Assembly (NCBI GenBank): GCA_963575745.1
Contig: CAUYUJ010000181.1
Coordinates: 124,001-188,000, forward strand
Reading direction: 5' to 3'
From: Prorocentrum cordatum
Taxonomy: Eukaryota
DNA length: 64,000 nt
The notes beneath the pieces are model-generated. The model saw only the letters and a program-made list of their open reading frames with translations. It searched no databases and was not told the DNA's origin. Position 1 is the first letter of the stretch. Each line of letters starts with the position of its first letter. The position numbers were made by a program, and so were the translations under genes. Below are positions 1 to 12,100 of the stretch, piece by piece.

Positions 1-399
1 GTAGGCAGCGAAGTCGAAGTCGCCTGCGGTCTTACCTCCAGCGGGGTCAGGCAAGCCGACGGTGAGCAGATACACGTCGATGGCCTCATCCATCTCCTCC
101 GATTCCTTCTTCATGGCAGTGAACTGCTTGTCTCCCTGCCTCTTGGCCGAGCTGCTCATGTTCTCGTGCGCCCTACGATGTAAACCACAGAATGGCGACT
201 TGCCCTTCTTCGCATCCGCGCAGGTAAACTTGACGCACACAGTCTTATCCTTGGCGGCCTCCACCCGTTCAGCCTTGCGCTGTTCTCGAAGCGCCTGGCG
301 TTCAGCAGCACATGCAGAGGGAAGCTTGTCAGGCGGGATCTTATGCACGTTCCTCAAGCGCTGGAGCATCGCCTGCATATTCTCGAACTCGGCGTTAGC
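1..399 (-). CDS. Exon 2 (runs off the window edge) of a hypothetical protein with a C-x4-C...C-x2-H zinc-finger-like motif
   Basis: The manually translated minus frame is stop-free: ANAEFENMQAMLQRLRNVHK...KTVCVKFTCADAKKGKSPFCGLHRRAHENM...GDFDFAAY. A phase-0 acceptor GAG|GCT is at 400/399. It is missing from the ORF track because there is no stop in the window. Confidence 0.65.
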
Positions 400-418
400 C
401 TCGCAGAGAGCACGTAGA

Positions 419-613
419 GGCCTCCTAGATGGGGTCCGAGTACATGGGGTCGAAGGATCGCGCCGCATCGCCAATGCATCGCCGATGCATCGGCGATGCA
501 TCGGCGACACAGGCGTGGAGAAAATCGGGCTCCACATCGAGCCGCATCGTCGATGCATCGGCGATGCGGCGCAATCCTCGGACCCCATCTACTCGGACCC
601 CATGTAGGAGGCC
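419..613. mobile_element. MITE-like foldback element with ~65-bp terminal inverted repeats (TIRs) and a 4-bp TAGA duplication
   Basis: Ends are GGCCTCCTAGATGGGGTCCGAGTAC... and ...CTACTCGGACCCCATGTAGGAGGCC. TAGA lies at 415-418 and 614-617. A partial second copy is at ~46644-46720. Confidence 0.75.
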
Positions 614-949
614 TAGAGCACAACGAATGGAGGAGGGGGGAGGCCCCCGGGGAAGGAGGAGGATGAGGAGGAGGAGGCGGAGGAGGAGGAGGAGGAGGAG
701 GAAGAGAAGGAAGTGGAGGAGGGAGGGGCAGGAGCAGGAGCAGAAGGGGAAGAGAGAGCACATCTTTTGTTACTTATGAATCCCACCAGACCTCTGGGCG
801 TGAATCTGAATGGATTATCTCCCCCCTCGGGAAGGGGGTTATTGCTTCCCCCAGGGGGATCCGGGGCCCGGGGCCCGGGGGGTAATGTGCACCTTTGTTT
901 CGGCTCGTGGGCGTGGGAGGGGAGGGGACTCAACTCTTGTAACCCTCAC

Positions 950-1327
950 CGTCGTCGTCGTTGTCGGTCGTTGGTCGTTGGTCGTCGTGGTGCGTCGTCG
1001 TCGTCGTTGTCGGTCGTCCAGCAACGACCAACGACCGACGACGACGACGACGACGACGAACACAGCGCCAGAGCTCCAGGCAGTTTTCACTCGGCACCCC
1101 GGTCCAGCAACGACCAACGACCAACGACGACGACGACGACGCGAAAACGGCGCTGGAGCTCCAGGCAACGGGCAACGGTCCAGCAACGACCAACGACTGA
1201 CGACGACGACGACGACGCGAAAACGGCGCCGAAGCTCCAGGCAATTTTCACTCGGCACCCCAGTCCAGCTGCTGGACTGGACCAGGGTGCCGAATGAAAA
1301 TTGCCTGGAGCTCCAGCGCCGTTTTCG
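950..1327. repeat. (GTC)n/(GAC)n repeat cluster with a ~110-bp hairpin (1218-1327)
   Basis: CGAAAACGGCGC..GCTCCAGGCAATTTTCACTCGGCACCC pairs with GGGTGCCGAATGAAAATTGCCTGGAGC..GCGCCGTTTTCG. Direct copies of the arm are at ~1070 and ~1142. Confidence 0.75.
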
Positions 1328-1428
1328 TGTACAAGTTCGAGGGAACACTTTTGAGAATTTCTGCACTGCTGCAGTTTTTCTGAAAACGTGTTCCCTCCCT
1401 GTTTTCACCTCTATGGTTGGTGTGCATC

Positions 1429-1608
1429 CTGCGCCTGCGCCGGCGCTGGCGTCGGCGGCTTTGTTGGAGTCGATGGCGGTGGCGTCGCTGGAGTTGGCGT
1501 GCCAGTCGAAGCCAGCGACTTCGGCTTCGGCTGCTCGTCAGCGGCGGCCTCCTCGACCATGGCCTCCGCCAGGAAGTCAGCAGCGAAAGCGTCGTCGTCG
1601 ACCTCCAT
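1429..1608 (-). CDS. Probable exon 1 of the zinc-finger-like gene (acidic/Pro-rich N-terminus)
   Basis: MEVDDDAFAADFLAEAMVEEAAADEQPKPKS...PAPAQAQ is 60 codons ending at a CAG|GA donor, in phase with the acceptor at 399. Confidence 0.55.
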
Positions 1609-2209
1609 GATGGCCCGCCCTGGGCCTGGGCCCTGGTGACCCGTGACAGCCATCAGAAAGAATAAGATGAGAGATATGCGTCGCTCGCAGCTCGATCATT
1701 TGGGGGATGCGGAAGTCGGAGGGGCGCTGACAGGCCCTCAGGCCTCAGGGCCTCAGGGGGCCCACCAACGAGTCTGGGGATCACAGCGCATTATTATTCG
1801 AGAGCTCAACATCCAAAGTCCCAAGACCCAAGAGACCGACAGATACCAGACTAGGCACGATACCGACTGCTTGAAACAACACGACACTGCTGACGATGAA
1901 ACAATGATGCATGCGGGGGTAAGGATCATGGGGAATTATGTTCCCAGAAACCTCTCCGGGAACATATTTCAGACGTCCTCCTGGATGATGCCAATATGCT
2001 GATGATGATGGTGATGATGTGATGATGCTGGTGATGATGTGTTGTGTTGATGCCAATATGTTGATGATGATGGCAATGAAGAGGGCGGCGCGGCCGATCC
2101 TCATTGAGCTGCAGTAAGGACGCCGTCATCGAGGTAGTTGGCGTAGCTAAGATACCTGGCGGCTGCGCGCGCGATTGCGCCGCTGAGCTTAGACTGAGGC
2201 CTTCAGCCT

Positions 2210-2695
2210 TCAGTGGGACTCCCTTTTGGCCGCGAAGCCTGCGATGGGAGGGGTGGCGGGGTACCGAGCGATGCCGCTCTCGTCCACCCAGATGAGCACG
2301 ACCTCTGCGGGGTCGGTTTCGTGGTAGTTCCAGAAGTGATGCCAGTTTGGCTGCAGCCAGATGTCTGGGACATTGCCTCGCGCTGGGAAGTGCCAGCAGT
2401 CTGGGGGTTGTAGGTGGGGAAGGGGAAGTTCCAGATATGCTGGAGCCCATGGCGGCCAAGGCCCTGGTGGGCTTGGTGGAAGATTAGGGGGTGGCTGGAT
2501 CCGCTTCCCATTGCATATGGTCCCCACGACCGCCCTTGGCCTGTCTGGCAGGTCGAGACCTGCCGGGCCACCGCCCGCGCTGGGCGGGGGGATGTCGCCA
2601 TGGTGATATTTGGTGACTGAAGGCGCGAAGGCTTCCGCTGCGAAGGCGGCCTGCACCTGCTCGAAGGGCCAGGGACAGGGACAGGCTGCAGCCAT
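2210..2695 (-). CDS. Hypothetical Pro/Trp-rich protein
   Basis: Non-repetitive ORF (track 2210..2878). From MAAACPCPWPFEQ it reads to WHHFWNYHETDPAEVVLIWVDESG. No family recognised. Confidence 0.4.
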   Translation of the reverse strand: MAAACPCPWPFEQVQAAFAAEAFAPSVTKYHHGDIPPPSAGGGPAGLDLPDRPRAVVGTICNGKRIQPPPNLPPSPPGPWPPWAPAYLELPLPHLQPPDCWHFPARGNVPDIWLQPNWHHFWNYHETDPAEVVLIWVDESGIARYPATPPIAGFAAKRESH

Positions 2696-3249
2696 GACAG
2701 CGGGCAGCCCCCCGCGCTGCGGCGCTGCAGGAGCGCGCAGGCTGCTGAGAAGTACAATGGCGATGGTGGTAAGCTGATGGTCGTTAGTCGTTAGTAGCGG
2801 CAACAGCAGAAACGTAGCGATGGAGCGAAAAAACGCTTGATCGCCGCCGCCACTGGGCAAGCTACCCGACTTCACCACGCCCTAAAGGAAAGTACCACAT
2901 CCCAGAAAGAAACGCTTGGGGCATCTGAAACGGTGCTATGTACATGCTAAGAACGCTGATTTTTGGCAAATATCATGCGAAACGCGTCATTTAGCCGAAA
3001 TACATGTAAAACGTTAGAAAAATACTAAAAACAAACGTTAGGGCATCATTTAGCATACAAGACACAAGACTTATCATTTTTTGCATAGAATACAAAAATA
3101 TCAACAATAATAAAAAAAATGCCCAAAAATCAAAAAAATCCTAGAATATCACTCGGGCTTGAAAAACACAAAAAACGTAAAAGAAACTCAAACAAACACA
3201 AAGGTCGTTGAATGTTCGCGAACATGCACAAAATGATCGGTGAGGGCCG

Positions 3250-3368
3250 CCCCGAAGGTCCCCGAAGGTCTCCCCGAAGGTCCCCGAAGGTCCCCGAAGG
3301 TCCCCCCGAAGGCCCCCGAAGGTCCCCGAAGGTCTCCCCGAAGGTCCCCGAAGGTCCCCGAAGGTCCC
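3250..3368. repeat. 10-bp minisatellite (CCCCGAAGGT)n inside an AT-rich island
   Basis: About 11 degenerate tandem units. Confidence 0.9.
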
Positions 3369-4097
3369 AGAGGCACTTGTGAGAGCATGTCGACCACAAG
3401 TGAGCACGAGTGATATTTTATGATTTTTTGTAAAATTATATGTTTTTTTATATGTTTCAATGCGTTTCTGAATTTCAGTGTTTGTTGTATGCCGAGTGAT
3501 ATTTTACAAAATTAAAAATGTTTTTTTTATGTTTTTGTTTGTTTGTGTTTTGATGTTTAGTGTTTTACGCTAAATTTTAAGAAAAGCAAGCGCAAATCTT
3601 TGTTTTTGCACGTTTCATCTGCATATGCGTTGCAATCGGCTTCAAGGAGTAACCGGGCCGCAAATGATGGCCCACTGACGGCCCCATGATCATGCGACCG
3701 TCTCTGGGTCCCCTTGGGCCCCTCATTGACCCTTTTCGGAGTGCCTTGAAGGGCTCTAGTTTCAGGAGAAGCCCGATGACCAAAAGAGAGCCCAAAGAGG
3801 AGTCCAAGACGCCCAGAGGTGCCTGAGAGGACCCTGAGAGTCCAAGAGACCCCAAGAAGAGTCCAGGAGGACCCAGAGGAGTCCAAGAGGACCCAAGAGA
3901 AGCCCAAGACGGCTCGATGCCTCTGGGGCCCTCTGGGCCCTTCTTGCCGCCCTCTGGGAGGCGCGGAAGAGGAGGGGGGAGGGGGGAGGAGGAGGGGCGG
4001 GCTCGCTGCGCTGTCGAGCTTGGCGTCGGGCGTCGGCGTCGGGCCCGTCGGCGCCCGTCGGCCCGTCGGGCTGGGCGTCGGGCTGCCCGGGCTGCCC

Positions 4098-5880
4098 TCA
4101 GGCCTCGGGCACGACCTGGGCGGGGGGCAGGAGGCAGGAGGAGGAGGAGGAGGAGGAGGAAGAGGAGGCCCAGAGCCGGAGGCGGAGGAGGAGGAGGAGG
4201 TAGAGGGTAGAGGAGGAGGGAGGAGGAGGAAGAGGATGAGAGGAGGAGGAGGAGGAGGTGCAGTGCAGGAGGAGGAGGAGGAGGAGAATAAAAGGGTAGA
4301 AGACACATGGTAACATAAAGCTGGCGGCATCAGCAGGAAGGAGGAGGAGGATGATGAGGAGGAGGAAATAAGAGGATGAGCGCCACGGAAATAGAGGGGA
4401 CCCCCAGCCCTTGCGCGCGCGCCCCAAGGACACACACAGGAGTGCCGCCTGCCCTGGAGGAGGGAGGAGGAGGAGGAGGAGGAGGAGGAGGAGGAGGAGG
4501 AGGAGTCATCATCATCATCATCATCATCATCATCACCATCACCACCAGCATCAGCATCAGCATCATCATCATCATCATCATCATCGTCCACCTCCTCCTC
4601 CGCCTCCTCTTCCTCCTCCTCCTGTTCCTCCTCCTCCCTCCTCCCTCCTCCCTCTTCCCTCCTCCCTCATCCCTCCTTGCTGCTCCTTTCCCTCCTCCTC
4701 TTCCACCTTCTCTCGCTCCGCGCCGACCAGCCGAAAGAGGGGGAGGAGGAGGAGGAGAAAGAGATCAAGAACCTCGATGCCCGCTTGGTCGAACGCGTGG
4801 TCCCACTCTGATGCAAGAAGGTCATGAATCTCAGCATCCACCACATCAATCATCATCCTCAAAGCCTGGGTCTCCGTGGCGTCGCCCTTCTCGACGCGCC
4901 CCTGGCGTCGTCACGAGAGGAGAGGAAGCGACAGAGGCCACTGCTTTGGAGACGATGGTTGATGCGATCTCCAGCGGCACTGGAGATTCCAGGTTGGGGG
5001 GTCGAGGGCCGATCGAACCGACTCTGAGACCCAGGGGGCCTCGTCGATGAACTCATCGAGGAAATCTGTCCCCGAGTCTGAATCGACGAGCATTGATTCG
5101 ATGTGTTCGTCGGGGGTTGGAGGGCCGAATGCCTGTGGCGCGTTCCGTCTCTTCCTCTCCTCTCTGACCTCCTCCCTCTTTCTCCGCCACTTACCCACCT
5201 CATTATTCACCACCTCTCCTTCTCCTCATCGCACGTGTTCCTCATCCTTCTCCTTTTCCTCTTCCTCTCATCCCTCGTTCTCATCCTCCTTCTCCTCCTA
5301 CACATTCTTTGCTCAAGCCAGCCTCCAAGGGCAAGCTGTCGTCGTTCTGGCTGGTCAGGTCCACCACTGGCGGCGGCGCCGCCAAGCCTGACCCAGACGA
5401 TGCCAAGCCTGAGCTTAATGATGTAGTAGTCCTCCGTACCGTCTGTACCCGTAGCCGCCAATATGCCATGTCAACATCATCCAGCGGGTGCTGGTTCGTC
5501 GCGGCGGCTAAGCCTAAGCTGGGCTCAAGGTAGAGGCCCTCGACGCAGCTCAGGAACTCATCCTTGAGATCAGGCAGCGAGAAGATCTGTGCCAAGACGA
5601 TGTCTGCGTCATCAGAACCTTGAAACATCGCATACGAAGTGATCTCTTTAATAATCTCATCTCTGGACATCCCTACCCGAACCTTTTTATTCGGCTCCGT
5701 CTGAGATGTTGGTTCTGCGGTGCTGATGCCCAGGCGAGTAGGAGGAGCGCAATCACGATGTGGGGTGTGATGAGCAGCATCACCAGGAGGACCGTCAGGC
5801 GCAGCCTCCGCCTCAACATCATCACGATGGCGATCGAGCGTGCTCACCCTCATGGCAGAACTGCCCACGCATTGCTGCAT
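4098..5880 (-). pseudogene. Three-exon hypothetical gene with frameshifts (exons ~5880-5323, 5132-4773, 4115-4098)
   Basis: Protein-like frames MSRDEIIKEITSYAMFQG...SLPLE|AFGPPTPDEHIESML...DVVDAEIHDLLASEWDHAFDQAGIE|VVPEA*. Donors are GAG|GC and GAG|GT, acceptors CAG|G. Exon 2 changes frame at least once. Confidence 0.5.
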
Positions 5881-6167
5881 AATGATATAAATAAATGTGA
5901 ATGTAATGATATTCGCCATGTAAAGAGTTGGCTTGGCGAATCAACCTTGAAACTTGAGACTGTCGAATGCTCTGACGTCGGCGCCGAATCGACTCCGCAC
6001 GAGAAGGGAAGGCGCAGTAGCGAGGGGAGTAAACGAGGAAAGGCTGAGGATGCACAAGAGAAGATCGCATGAAAGCTTGTCTGTCCAGCGTTTTCTTCAA
6101 CGCAGCATCTGACCTCGCGAAAGCTCAAGCGCTTCCGAGTCTGATGAACAGGGCGGCTTGTGCTACG

Positions 6168-9100
6168 TCAGTCTGACGACGTGCTCGAGCCCGAGCTAGA
6201 GCTCGACGACGCGGAGGCCGAGCTCGACGTAGAGGAAGAGGAAGGATCTCGCCTGAACTCCTCTGGTATCTGCCCTGCCATCTCGCCATCTAGATCCTCG
6301 TCTGGGCCCAACTCCCTGCGGTCATCAGGGGCCGACATGTGCCCAAACTCGCCTGCGCGGTCAGGGTATTGGAAGGCCATCAGCAACCATCTCTTCATAA
6401 CAAGACGCCATCTGCTTAACGCTGCCTCCAGCGTTTCACCTGCCTTCGGCTTGATGGTTCGAGTCCTGGTGCATCTGGGCTCGACCGTGCCATTCGGGCG
6501 GATCTGCGGCCGATGGAATCGGCACGTGCACTGCAGGGACACGGGCTTGCCAGGGCGCTCAGTGACGATGAAAGCGCAACCGAACCACTTGGACGACTCT
6601 GGATGCTTCTCACCATTGGCCTTCCCGCGGCGGCCCCGGCGGCGGCTGCCAGCTCCGTCGTCGCCCGCCCCTGGCGACCCTGGCGGCGCGTCTGGCGGCG
6701 GCGGCAGCGGGGGCCGCGGCGGCGAGCCTGGCTCCTCAGGCGGCGGCGCCTCCTCCGCCGGCGGCGCCTCCTCTGGCAGCGGCAGCGGGGGCTCCTCTAG
6801 GGCGACGAAATCTATGCATATCCACTGCTGCTGGCCAGGCTCATCCGGGGCCCAGGAGTAGTGTATGCGACCTCCTGGTTTGACCAAAGAGGCGTATACA
6901 GTATTCCTGGCCCCAGGATGGGCCTGGCTTGCAGCAGTGGACATGTATAAATCTCGTCGCCCTATCCTCCAGCGGCGGTGGAACTGGCAGCGGTTCCGCA
7001 TCGCCTGGCTGCCTGCCTCGCCCTCGACCACGTGCGCGGCCTCGCGCGCCCCGCCATGCGCCACCACCTCTCCTGCCTCTGCCTCGGCCCTGGCCCCGGC
7101 CTCGACGAGGCTGGAGCGGCATGCCATCCTGGTCGCCCTCGAAGTGGACGAGCACGCCCTCTCCGTCAACTTCAACAAGTTGCGTGTCGAACTTGCTCGG
7201 ATCCTTGCCATTGCAGACATGCTTGTAGTAGCCCTCTGGTTGCAAATGCAGAAGACGGTCGATCCCAATGGTCTGCATGAGGGCAGACGCTTGGCACAAC
7301 GCCAAGAGATACCACCGATTAGCAGAAGACTTCCAAGAGGCCCACCACACTTTCGAGCTAGCCTCACCTTCATCGTCGAAGCTCAAAGAAACCACTGCAG
7401 CCTTATCTTTCTTCGTTGCACCCTTTGGCAGCATCGAGTGAACCCAACCATGCTGGTGCAAGTATAGTATCAACTCCCACCTTGTAGCATCGCGAAGAGC
7501 GTCCGCCTCGGGGACTTGGGCCAAGGTGTTCTTCGGCGTGTCCAGGCGCAAGGTCAAGCGAAAGGAGTGTACCGCCTTGGCCGTTAATTGCCATGATGAG
7601 TGGCTCGACGTGAATAAGCAACACTGGACCAATCCGCTCCGCGCCATTGTTTCCAACGTCTTGCGGTCTCCGTCTCTGCTGCGGTGGTCCACGCACATCG
7701 AGGCATACTCAGTTTGCTGCGATATGAAGTCCGAGGAAGTACCAGGAAAAGCCCCACACGATGAGAGCTCAACAAGGAGACGGGATAAGTCTGCTGGGTC
7801 GACACCTTCCACACCATGACCTGCGTAATGGTATTCGACTCCTGCCTTAGTGTCGATGCTCCAAGACTCGACGGAGCTCATCATGTCATCGATGGTGCTG
7901 AGTCTGGGCGGTCCCCACACGTAACAACCAGAGGTGTTGACTGCATCCACCAAAGAGGCATGGTTCGTTCTCTGTGAGGGCTGCAAAAACACTGAAACTG
8001 CTGGGGTGCCTAACCGACCTTGATCACCATGGTTTTGCTGCACCTCGCGCACGCTGACAACTACGTCGTCCCTAGCAAATGCTCCGACTCGCTGCGAGGA
8101 TATCGTCACCTGGGAATCCCAGGGGAAGATGGTGAACTATCTCAGTAAGCTTCTGGGGGAGCTCCCTATTCGGCCTCAAAGCGCGCGAAGTGGGAGACAC
8201 GTACTGTTGGAGCCCATTGGGGCCTTCGCTGGACTCTACACCTACTGGCCGCCTTGAAGCCGTCTTGGTGTCTTGGTATTGCCTTGGATATTATCATATA
8301 TGCTTGCCCTTCCTGGTGCTGTCTTACAGGCCCAACAAAACTTATTATCTCCTCTTCCCCTTCGCCCTCATCCTTATGTCCTCCTCATCATTCTTCTCCT
8401 GCTCCTCCTCCTCCTCCTCCCCCTCCTCCTCCTCCTCCTCCTCCTCCTCCACCGCCTCCTCATCCTCCTCCTCCTGCTCACAGCCACCCTCGAGTTCGAT
8501 ACGAGGCTCAATACGAGGCGACCTGGTCTGCAGGCCGTCTGTGCACGACCCGGAAGAAGCACCGCTCGTCCACGAGGTCAGGCAGTTTGAGACCGCCTGG
8601 ATCGTCAGACTCATCTGTGAGGAATACCCCCCCTGCTTTGTGCAAGTTGTTGATCGCATGCGCGGACTCATCGATAACAGCGTCCATTGGGACGATGGAC
8701 ATCGGCCCTCCGACCTTGAAAGAGCACATAGTAGTTGGCGTGCACCGGCGGTAAAAATGATCGACGACAGCATCGTGGAACACCGACGTTGAATGACCAG
8801 CTGGCTCTTCATGCTCTTGATGCGCATCATCGCGTTTCCTTTTCTTGCCGCTGGGGTGTTTGGCCGAGGTGTCCGTGACATTGAAGGACTTCAAATTCCT
8901 GAATTGCGTGTGATGGTCACGCCTGTACACGACGGCTTCCACCAAAGGGTGATGATTGTGACCAACAAACACATCGTTGAAGGGCTTATTGCCAGACAGC
9001 ACAAGCGCTTCTTGAACAGCTGGGTGAGTAGCCAAATCAAGAGCCTGCAGACAGTTGCACATGCCGCGAACCTCGTCGATATGGTTGGTAAGCTCAGCGA

Positions 9101-12100
9101 ACATCTCTGGGCTGTGTTCGACGTGGTGTTCGAGTTCCCCACACCGCAACTGCAAACTGATGCCTGCCGAGGAATTCCGACTGGCGCGTTTGCCCTTCGT
9201 GTTGACGTCGCGGTGCCTGGATTCAATGTATGTCTCCACGATCGGAATGCAACGCAGCCTGGCCCTGACAAGGTACAAAGACGGAAGGTCTGACCAACTT
9301 GTCCCAAGTAGAAACTCAAGGAATTCTGCATGCGCCGTTCCCCCAGGGCAGCATAGAGAGCCAACAAGCCTAGACACTGTCGGGACACACTGCTCTCCTG
9401 AATCTGCGTGTGCACCAGATCTGAAAGTGTCGTAGGCTTCTTGGCAGCACCTGCGAGCCAGCTCTTCATCGATGTGGGCGAGGGCTAGAAACCGATGAGC
9501 GCCCGAAGTAAATACTGCAGTTTTTAAAGATATAACATATGCCATGTGACTGGCAGCACTGCTGAAGTCCGTGACGATCATATCACGCATGTTCTTGGGC
9601 AGACCTGCGATGAGAAAACACACGCTTGTCCGAGAGATCGAGGTGTGCTCGTCAATCAGCTCCTGGATTCTGCCAGCAGCCAGCGCCCCAACGCGTCTAC
9701 CGCGCATCGGGCACGTCGGATAGCTTGACGTTGGTGAAGCTCTGTGGTAGGCCCGGGATCGCTGCGCCCACGTCGCAAGCTTTCTTGTACCAAGGTCGCA
9801 GGAAGAATGGCAATCACACCCCCAAGCCCATTCCTCAATCTTCAGAAGGACTTTGTTTACCTGGATCAGCATCTTGCCGTACTGCCAGTGCGCTTCCGAA
9901 GTCACAAAATCGGTCGGTATGCCCTCATCCTCACCATCGTCAGGCTGGCGTAGCCCAGGCGCATCAATTTTCCGCCCATCCCAGTGCGCTCGCAAGGGGC
10001 CTTCGACCTTTTCGGGGACCGTAGAGCACGTCCTCCTCCTGCCCCCCTCTTCCTCCTCCTCCTTCTCCACCTGCTCCTGCTCCGAGTGCTGTTGCTGCTC
10101 AACGACAAGCACTCAACGACAGGCAACCACTCAACCAAGGCGGTGTGGTCGTGCTGGGGAGTGGTCGTGCTGGGGTGTGGTCGTGCTGGGGGGTGGTCGT
10201 GTGGGGGGGTGGTCGTGCTGGGGGGGTAGTCGTGCTGGGTGTGGTCGTGCTGTGGTGAGGTCGTGCTGGGGTCGTGCTGGGTGATGGCCTTGCTGGGGTG
10301 GGGTCGTGCTGGGGTGGGGCAATGCTGGGGTGTGGTCGTGCTGGGGCTGTGTCGTGCTGGGGTAGGGTCGTGCTGGGGTGGGGTCGTGTTGGGGTGTGGT
10401 CGTGCTGGGGTGTGGTCGTGTTGGGGTGTGGTCGTGGAAACGCACGGGTTCGTGCACCTGGAGAAGGCAAAATCTCTGGGGCGCCCAGATTCCTCAAGTT
10501 CTACAGAACAAGCGATTCGCTCGAGACATCCTCGGTAACTCTGCGGAGCAAGCGTTTCGCTCGAGACATCCTCAACACACGAAAGAGTGGCCCGCACCCT
10601 GTTATTTATCGATCGGGCGTTCAAAAACAAGCGTTTCGCACGAGACTTCCTCGGATTCTTACCTTTCCTGACATGAACGGGAAGCGCGTGAAAAGGACAG
10701 AGCTGCGCAAGAACGCGCAGCATCATCACGATAAAATGTAATGTAGGCGAGCTCTCCGAACGTCCACACGGGATACCTACGGACACGCGCTCCCCGAACG
10801 TCCACAAGGAGAGTCCTGATTATCCTCCTCACTTCTCTGTACGCCTCCAATGTCGTCCGTCTAGCCCTCACTTATCTGATGTGTTCGAAGGCCCGTCCGA
10901 AGGCACACACACGCACCCACACAAGCACACGCGCGCGCACACACCCAGGCCACCAAGATAGCCCAGAATCGTTCCAAGGCGGCCCAAGATGGCCTCCAGA
11001 CGGCCCAAAAGGCCTCCAACACGCCCCAAGAGGCCTCCAAGAGCCCTGCCAAGAGACATCAGATACAAGGAATGTCATAGACAAGGACGATCATATACAG
11101 GAACTCAATATAGAGGAAATATCATATACAAGGACCACCAGTATCATATACAAGGACCAAGTATCATATACAAGGTTATCCAAGAACACCCCGAAAATAT
11201 GTTTCATAGCAGCTCTTTCGACATCCCAGTTTTCCGAGCATGTCTCAGGCGAAACGGCCGTTTTTGAAGTTCCGAAAATTAGGCCAGCGATTTCAATATC
11301 CCGATTTTGTGAGGATGTTTCAGGCGAAGCGCTCATGTTTAACATGAGACGTCTTAAGACATAACCCCCAACTTCACGATTTGGCGAGGATGTCTCAGGC
11401 GAAACGCTGGTTTTGGGAATCCGCCAGGCTCTGAATCACGAGGCGGCGCCGCACGTTCCCCTTCCAGACCTCCCCCAGTTGATAAGTAAATCCCTCTGGG
11501 CAAACAGACGTCCATCGCGCGACTCTTCGAGTCTTGGCGCGCTTCCCGTCATCCGCCGGCCCACCTCGACCTCGATATTCATCAAGGAAAGAATCCGCCG
11601 CCGGCCCACCTTAGTTGAGGCACCGGGGACAGGTTGACCAACTAAAAGAGAACTCTGGGCTGGCGCCCTTTCTGGGAAAAAGGGAGAGGAACCAGTGGGG
11701 TAGACCTCGAGAATTTCTTCCATTGCTTGTATCACGTACCCCCATCGCATGTCGACGATATCTGGAGCTAGTACTCGAATCTTCTCGGCAGACCACGAGG
11801 CAGGCGGTGAGGAAAAACATTGAGCGATTACACGGTCCCTGTAGGTCTTTCTCTTCATGAAACCGCAGAACACTTTGAATGCTCTCATGAACCATTTGAA
11901 ATTCATCATTGCGTGCAGCACGTCTTTCGCCGCATTGTGGATGATATGCATGAGCCCAGGCACCTTTGGGGCTGAGAAGCGCGGGAGATTCAGCCTGGTT
12001 CCTAGGAGGATTCCTCTCCCTCTTGGGCTCAGGCCCTGCAGCCCTAGGCCCTTGAGCCTTGAGCCCGTGGCTGAAGGCTGAGAGGAGGCGAACAGGGATT

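Noticed and set aside
5303..5317. SL-like CATTCTTTGCTCAAG
   Set aside because: Only the 3' half matches, and it is antisense within an inferred intron.
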